DNA from: a bacterium
Lineage (GTDB): Bacteria > Actinomycetota > Acidimicrobiia > Spongiisociales > Spongiisociaceae
Direction: 5' to 3'
NCBI GenBank assembly: GCA_028820935.1
Contig: JAPPHZ010000035.1
Span: 50,747 to 114,746 of the forward strand
DNA length: 64,000 bases
The position numbers were made by a program, and so were the translations under genes. Shown in pieces: positions 59,763 to 64,000 of this stretch; position 1 is the stretch's first letter; each line of letters opens with the position of its first letter. A model generated the notes under the pieces. That model saw only the letters and a list, made by a program, of their open reading frames with translations, was not told where the DNA came from and did no database searches.

Positions 59763-61724
59763 TCAGTCCTCGTCAGCAGGGGCCGCGGCAGCCATCTCCG
59801 CGATCTCGGCAACGATATCGGCATTCGCCAGCGTGGTCACGTCCCCCAGCTTCCGCTGCTCGGAGATGTCTCTCAGCAGGCGCCTCATGATCTTGCCCGA
59901 ACGGGTCTTGGGCACGTCAGGCGTGAAGACGATGCTCTTGGGCTTGGCGATCGGGCCGATCGAGCCGGCGACGTGATCCCGCAGCTCGCCTATCAGAGAT
60001 GCGTCGCCCTCGATGGTGCCCCGCAGGCTGACGAAGGCGGCGATTGCCTGGCCGGTGAGCGGATCGGACCGGCCCACCACCGCCGCCTCTGCCACGGACG
60101 GGTGCGAGACGAGGGCCGACTCCACCTCCATGGTGGAGATGTTGTGGCCCGACACGAGCATCACATCGTCCACCCTGCCCAGCAACCACAGATACCCGTC
60201 ATCGTCCAGCTTGGCACCGTCACCGGGGAAGTACAGGCCGTCATAGCGGGACCAGTAGGTGTCGACGTACCGCTGGTCGTCGCCCCAGATGGAGCGAAGC
60301 ATGGAAGGCCAGGTGTTGCGGAGCACCAGGTAGCCGCCCCCTCCCCTGCCGACCGGGCTGCCGGCATCGTCGACCACGTCCGCCTGGATGCCCGGCATCG
60401 GGTTGGTGGCCGATCCAGGCTTGGTGGCGGTGATGCCGGGAAGCGGGGCGATCATGATCGAGCCGGTTTCCGTCTGCCACCACGTGTCCATGACAGGCGC
60501 CTTCCCGCCGCCGATGTGCTCGTGATACCACATCCACGCCTCGGGGTTGATGGGTTCGCCCACCGTGCCGAGCACGCGCAGCGTGGACAGATCGTGGCGC
60601 TGCGGGTACTCCTCGCCCCATTTCATGAAAGCCCGGATGGCGGTGGGTGCGGTGTAGAGCTGGGTCACCTTGTACTTGGCGATGATCGACCACAGCCGGT
60701 CCTTGTCCGGGTAATCGGGCGTCCCCTCGTACATGACCGAGGTGGTCTGGTTGGCCAGAGGCCCGTAGACGATGTAGGTGTGACCGGTCACCCAGCCGAT
60801 GTCGGCGGCGCACCACCAGATGTCCTGGTCGGGCTTGATGTCGAACACGAAGCTGTGCGTCGTGGCCGCGCCCACCAGGTATCCCCCCGTGGTGTGCATG
60901 ATGCCCTTGGGCTTGGCGGTGGTGCCGGATGTGTACAGGATGTACAGCAGGTCCTCGGCGTTCATGACCTCGGGAGCGCACTCGGCGCTCTGGCCGTCCA
61001 CGAGATCGTGCCACCAGATGTCCCGACCCTCCTTCATGGTCACTTCGTTCTCGGTCCGGCGCAGCACCACGCACCGCTCGACCAGGTCGGTCCTCTCCAT
61101 GGCCCGGTCGGCGGCCACCTTCAGATCCACCACCTTCCCCCGGCGCCAGGCGCCGTCGCATGTGATCAGGACCCGGGCGCCGGCATCCTCGACCCGGTCG
61201 TAGATGGCGTCGGACGAGAAGCCGCCGAAGATGACGCTGTGGGCGGCGCCGATGCGGGCACAGGCCAGCATGGCCACCGCCAACTCGGGGACCATGCCCA
61301 TGTAGACGGCCACCCGGTCACCCTTCCGCACACCGATCGAGCGCAGGCCGTTGGCGAACCGGCAAACGTCCTCGTAGAGGTCCTGGTAGGTGATGGCGCG
61401 CTCGTCCCCCGGCTCGCCCTCCCAGTAGTAGGCCACCTTGCCGCCCTGGCCGGCCTCCACGTGGCGGTCGAGGCAGTTGTACGACATGTTGAGCTCGCCG
61501 TCGGTGAACCACTTGAAGAACGGCGGGTTGGAGTCGTCCAGGAGGACGGTGGGCTCCTTGAACCAGGTCACACGGTCGCGGGCCTGCGCCTCCCAGTAGG
61601 CGACCGGGTCGGCGGCCGCTTGCTCATGCAGGCCGGGTCGGGCGTTGGCCTGCCGGGTGAACTCCGGTGACGGCGGGAAGATGCGATCTTCCTGCAATAG
61701 GTTTTCGATAGTGCGCTCGGCCAC
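59763..61724 (-). CDS. acs: acetyl-CoA synthetase
   Basis: 653 aa. AMP-binding motifs (YTSGTTAKPKG) and an Acs-type N-terminus. Confidence 0.95.
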   Translation of the reverse strand: MAERTIENLLQEDRIFPPSPEFTRQANARPGLHEQAAADPVAYWEAQARDRVTWFKEPTVLLDDSNPPFFKWFTDGELNMSYNCLDRHVEAGQGGKVAYYWEGEPGDERAITYQDLYEDVCRFANGLRSIGVRKGDRVAVYMGMVPELAVAMLACARIGAAHSVIFGGFSSDAIYDRVEDAGARVLITCDGAWRRGKVVDLKVAADRAMERTDLVERCVVLRRTENEVTMKEGRDIWWHDLVDGQSAECAPEVMNAEDLLYILYTSGTTAKPKGIMHTTGGYLVGAATTHSFVFDIKPDQDIWWCAADIGWVTGHTYIVYGPLANQTTSVMYEGTPDYPDKDRLWSIIAKYKVTQLYTAPTAIRAFMKWGEEYPQRHDLSTLRVLGTVGEPINPEAWMWYHEHIGGGKAPVMDTWWQTETGSIMIAPLPGITATKPGSATNPMPGIQADVVDDAGSPVGRGGGGYLVLRNTWPSMLRSIWGDDQRYVDTYWSRYDGLYFPGDGAKLDDDGYLWLLGRVDDVMLVSGHNISTMEVESALVSHPSVAEAAVVGRSDPLTGQAIAAFVSLRGTIEGDASLIGELRDHVAGSIGPIAKPKSIVFTPDVPKTRSGKIMRRLLRDISEQRKLGDVTTLANADIVAEIAEMAAAAPADED

Positions 61725-61845
61725 GTCTCCTCGCTTACGATCGGCGTGGGTCGGAGGCTACTCGCGTCGCCGCGCCCTTCGCGCCGGGCCACCATCCGGA
61801 CAAGCCCGCCGGAGCCGTGGGATGCGGGGTGTGCCCGCTTCGATG

Positions 61846-63606
61846 TCAGCGGCCGCCTACGGCAGCGGGCACGCCGGAGGTGGTGGCGGCGTCCAGGGAG
61901 TCCCGGGCGTGGTACGAGGACCGCACCAGCGGGCCCGACTCGATGTGGGCCAGACCGGCCCGCCGGCCGAAGTCGGCGTACTCGGCGAATTCGTCGGGGT
62001 GGACGTAACGGTCCACCGGGCGGTGCCTAACGGTGGGCCGCAGGTACTGACCCACCGTGACCACGTCCACGCCGACCGCCCTGAGGTCGGCGATAGCTCC
62101 CAGAACCTCGTCGCGGACCTCGCCCATCCCCACGATCAATCCCGACTTCACCACACCGTCCGGTCGGTACCACTTCGCCCGGGCCAGGAGCGCCAGGGAG
62201 CGTCCGTACGAGGCGGCGGTCCTCACCTCGCGCTGGAGCCGGAGCACGGTCTCGGTGTTGTGGTTCAGCACCGCCGGCCCCGCTTCCATGACCCGCTCCA
62301 GGTCCGCCCTGACCCCCTTGAAGTCGGGAATCAGCACCTCCACGTCGCACTCCGGCACCCGATTGCGCACCTCCTGTACGGTCCTGGCGAAGACGGTCGA
62401 GCCGCCGTCGGGTAGGTCGTCGCGGTTGACGGACGTGATCACGGCGTGGCGGAGACCCATCGCCGCTATGGCCTCGGCCACCCGGACCGGTTCCTGAAGG
62501 TCGAGTCCTTGAGGGCGGCCCGTGGTGACGTCGCAGAAACCACATGCCCGGGTGCAGACACCACCCAGGATCATGATGGTGGCGGCGCCCTCGCTCCAGC
62601 ACTCGTAGATGTTGGGGCAGCCTGCTTCCTCGCAAACCGTGTGGAGGTCGAGTTCCCGCATCAGCCTTCCCAGTTGCCGGTATTCCGGCCCCAGGCGGGC
62701 GGTCACCTTCATCCACGGCGCCCGGGGCGGCTCGCCCGCCAACCGCTTGCCGATCGTCACCGGCACGGATGCCCGACCCTTGGGGGCGAAGGTCCCCTCG
62801 GCGAGGAGCCGGTCCACCTCGAAGGTTCTGGGCCGGCCCTGCCCCCGGGTGAAGGCGCCCAGTTGGAGGTCGTTCTGCTCGTAACCGAACACCTCCACGA
62901 AGCGCGGGACAAGCAACTCCACGGCCTCCTCGATCGAGATCCTCCTGCCCAGCAACTCCGCCAGGGACGTGACGGGCCGGTCGGTGATGCCGCACGGGTG
63001 CATGTGGCCGAAGTAGCTCATGTCGGGATCGACGTTCAGGGCGAAGCCATGCATGGTGACGCCGCGAGCCACGCGGACCCCGATTGCGGCCACCTTCCCG
63101 CGGTCGGTCCACACTCCGGTGTACCCGGCATCCCGCCAGGCCTCCAGGCCGAGGTCGGACATCGTGCGGATCAGCACCTCCTCCACGGCCCGCACGTAGG
63201 GGACGATCTTGCGCAGGTCGGCCAGGGCCAGGATGGGATAGCCGACCAGCTGGCCGGGGCCGTGGTAGGTGATGTCGCCTCCACGGTCGATGTCGAAACG
63301 CTGCGCGCCGATCCCCGCCAGGCGATCCTCGGGTAGGAGGAGGTGGGAGCCGTCGCCATTCCGACCCACGGTGTAGACGTGGGAGTGTTCCTGCAGGAGC
63401 AGGTAGTCCGATCCGGCCCGGCCGGTCTGCCTACCTTCCCAGAAGGCGCGCTGCAGGTCCCAGGCCTCGTCGTAGGCGAGACGGCCCAACCATCGGGTGC
63501 GCAACCGGGTCGGGTCGGCGGCTACCCGGAACTGCCCATCCGAGTCGACCGGGAGCGGGACCGGTTCCGGTGGTCGTGGTCTGTCTAGGTCAGTTGCTGT
63601 TCCCAA
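61846..63606 (-). CDS. apparent in-frame fusion of octanoyltransferase LipB (N-terminal ~230 aa) and lipoyl synthase LipA (C-terminal ~310 aa)
   Basis: The LipB region has ...YLLLQEHSHVYTVGR...DRGGDITYHGPGQLVGYPIL...; the LipA region has ...PPRAPWMKVTARLGPEY...CEEAGCPNIYECW...CTRACGFC... (radical-SAM and Fe-S cysteines). There is no stop codon and no frame change between the two. Start uncertain: TTG at 63606 or ATG at 63684, the latter overlapping the E2 gene by about 100 nt. Confidence 0.7.
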   Translation of the reverse strand: MGTATDLDRPRPPEPVPLPVDSDGQFRVAADPTRLRTRWLGRLAYDEAWDLQRAFWEGRQTGRAGSDYLLLQEHSHVYTVGRNGDGSHLLLPEDRLAGIGAQRFDIDRGGDITYHGPGQLVGYPILALADLRKIVPYVRAVEEVLIRTMSDLGLEAWRDAGYTGVWTDRGKVAAIGVRVARGVTMHGFALNVDPDMSYFGHMHPCGITDRPVTSLAELLGRRISIEEAVELLVPRFVEVFGYEQNDLQLGAFTRGQGRPRTFEVDRLLAEGTFAPKGRASVPVTIGKRLAGEPPRAPWMKVTARLGPEYRQLGRLMRELDLHTVCEEAGCPNIYECWSEGAATIMILGGVCTRACGFCDVTTGRPQGLDLQEPVRVAEAIAAMGLRHAVITSVNRDDLPDGGSTVFARTVQEVRNRVPECDVEVLIPDFKGVRADLERVMEAGPAVLNHNTETVLRLQREVRTAASYGRSLALLARAKWYRPDGVVKSGLIVGMGEVRDEVLGAIADLRAVGVDVVTVGQYLRPTVRHRPVDRYVHPDEFAEYADFGRRAGLAHIESGPLVRSSYHARDSLDAATTSGVPAAVGGR

Positions 63607-64000
63607 TCCCAGGTCTCCAGGTTGTCCTTGATCCGGCGGAGGAATAGGACCGCGACGGCGCCGTCGAAGGCTCGATGATCCCATGACAGGCCGAGGTAAC
63701 CCAGTGGCCTGATGGCGATGGCGTCCGCGCCATCGGGCGTGGTGACCACCTTGGGTCGCTTGGCGATCCCGTCGGTCGAGAGGATGGCCACGTTGGGAAC
63801 GTTGATGACCGGCGCCGACATGAACGATCCGTAGGGTCCCGGATTGGTGATCGTGAACGTACTGGCGGATACGTCATCCGGACCCACCCGACCGCCGCGT
63901 GCCCGCACCGCCAGGTCACGGACCTTCCTGGCAAGGGCCCTCAGCGAGTAGTCATCCGCCTTCGGGATGGTGACCACCATCAGGCCGTCCTGGTTGAGGT
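63585..64000 (-). CDS. dihydrolipoamide acyltransferase (E2) catalytic-domain C-terminus; 5' part lies beyond the window
   Basis: ...LSTDGIAKRPKVV...LGLSWDHRAFDGAVAVLFL... is the E2 catalytic core with the DHRxxDG motif. Confidence 0.8.
   Translation of the reverse strand, partial: LNQDGLMVVTIPKADDYSLRALARKVRDLAVRARGGRVGPDDVSASTFTITNPGPYGSFMSAPVINVPNVAILSTDGIAKRPKVVTTPDGADAIAIRPLGYLGLSWDHRAFDGAVAVLFLRRIKDNLETWDWEQQLT

Overview
This 64 kb window is high-GC (~68-70%), almost entirely coding, from an actinobacterial chromosome. Nearly all genes are on the minus strand, and adjacent genes very often overlap by 4 nt (ATGA or GTGA).

Main conserved blocks, in coordinate order:
- nadK-tlyA, then a rhomboid protease, a NUDIX hydrolase, a GNAT acetyltransferase and a DUF4193 protein.
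- A complete Pup-proteasome locus: helY-tatC-tatA/B-pafC-pafB-pafA-prcA-prcB-pup-dop-arc, followed by trmI.
- A compact uvrC-rapZ-pgk-tpiA-gpmA-(four-helix-bundle gene)-secG block.
- uvrA and uvrB.
- coaE-rpsA-polA-tRNA-Leu, then lepA.
- trpA-trpB-trpF-trpC-ygfZ-trpE.
- acs, fabI, ccdA, and what appears to be an in-frame lipB-lipA fusion next to the 3' end of a dihydrolipoamide acyltransferase (E2) gene.
- Three tRNAs: Leu-GAG, Leu-CAA and initiator Met.

What is unusual:
1. A family of short, low-GC, CTAG-saturated spacers built from CAACTAG/CTAGTTG 7-mers. They place TAG stops in all six frames, contain TTGCTA -35-like hexamers, and sit at gene junctions. They bracket three single genes individually: pafA, a lower-GC four-helix-bundle gene inserted into the glycolytic operon, and an orphan ccdA.
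2. A second intergenic element family (two full copies and one solo end). It is bounded by 16-18 bp inverted repeats (AAGAGGGTGCTGAARAAG ... CTTYTTCAGTACCCTCT), has a variable structured interior, and shows one compensatory base change between the copies.
3. An ionotropic-glutamate-receptor-like K+ channel with a TVGYGD selectivity filter and S1-pore-S2 topology, carrying an extra N-terminal ProX/OpuAC betaine-binding domain. It is divergently paired with a BCCT transporter that is translationally coupled to a paralogous ProX lipoprotein. This is a candidate osmolyte-sensing and uptake module.

Every functional call is based on motif and family recognition from the translated ORFs. No database search was possible.
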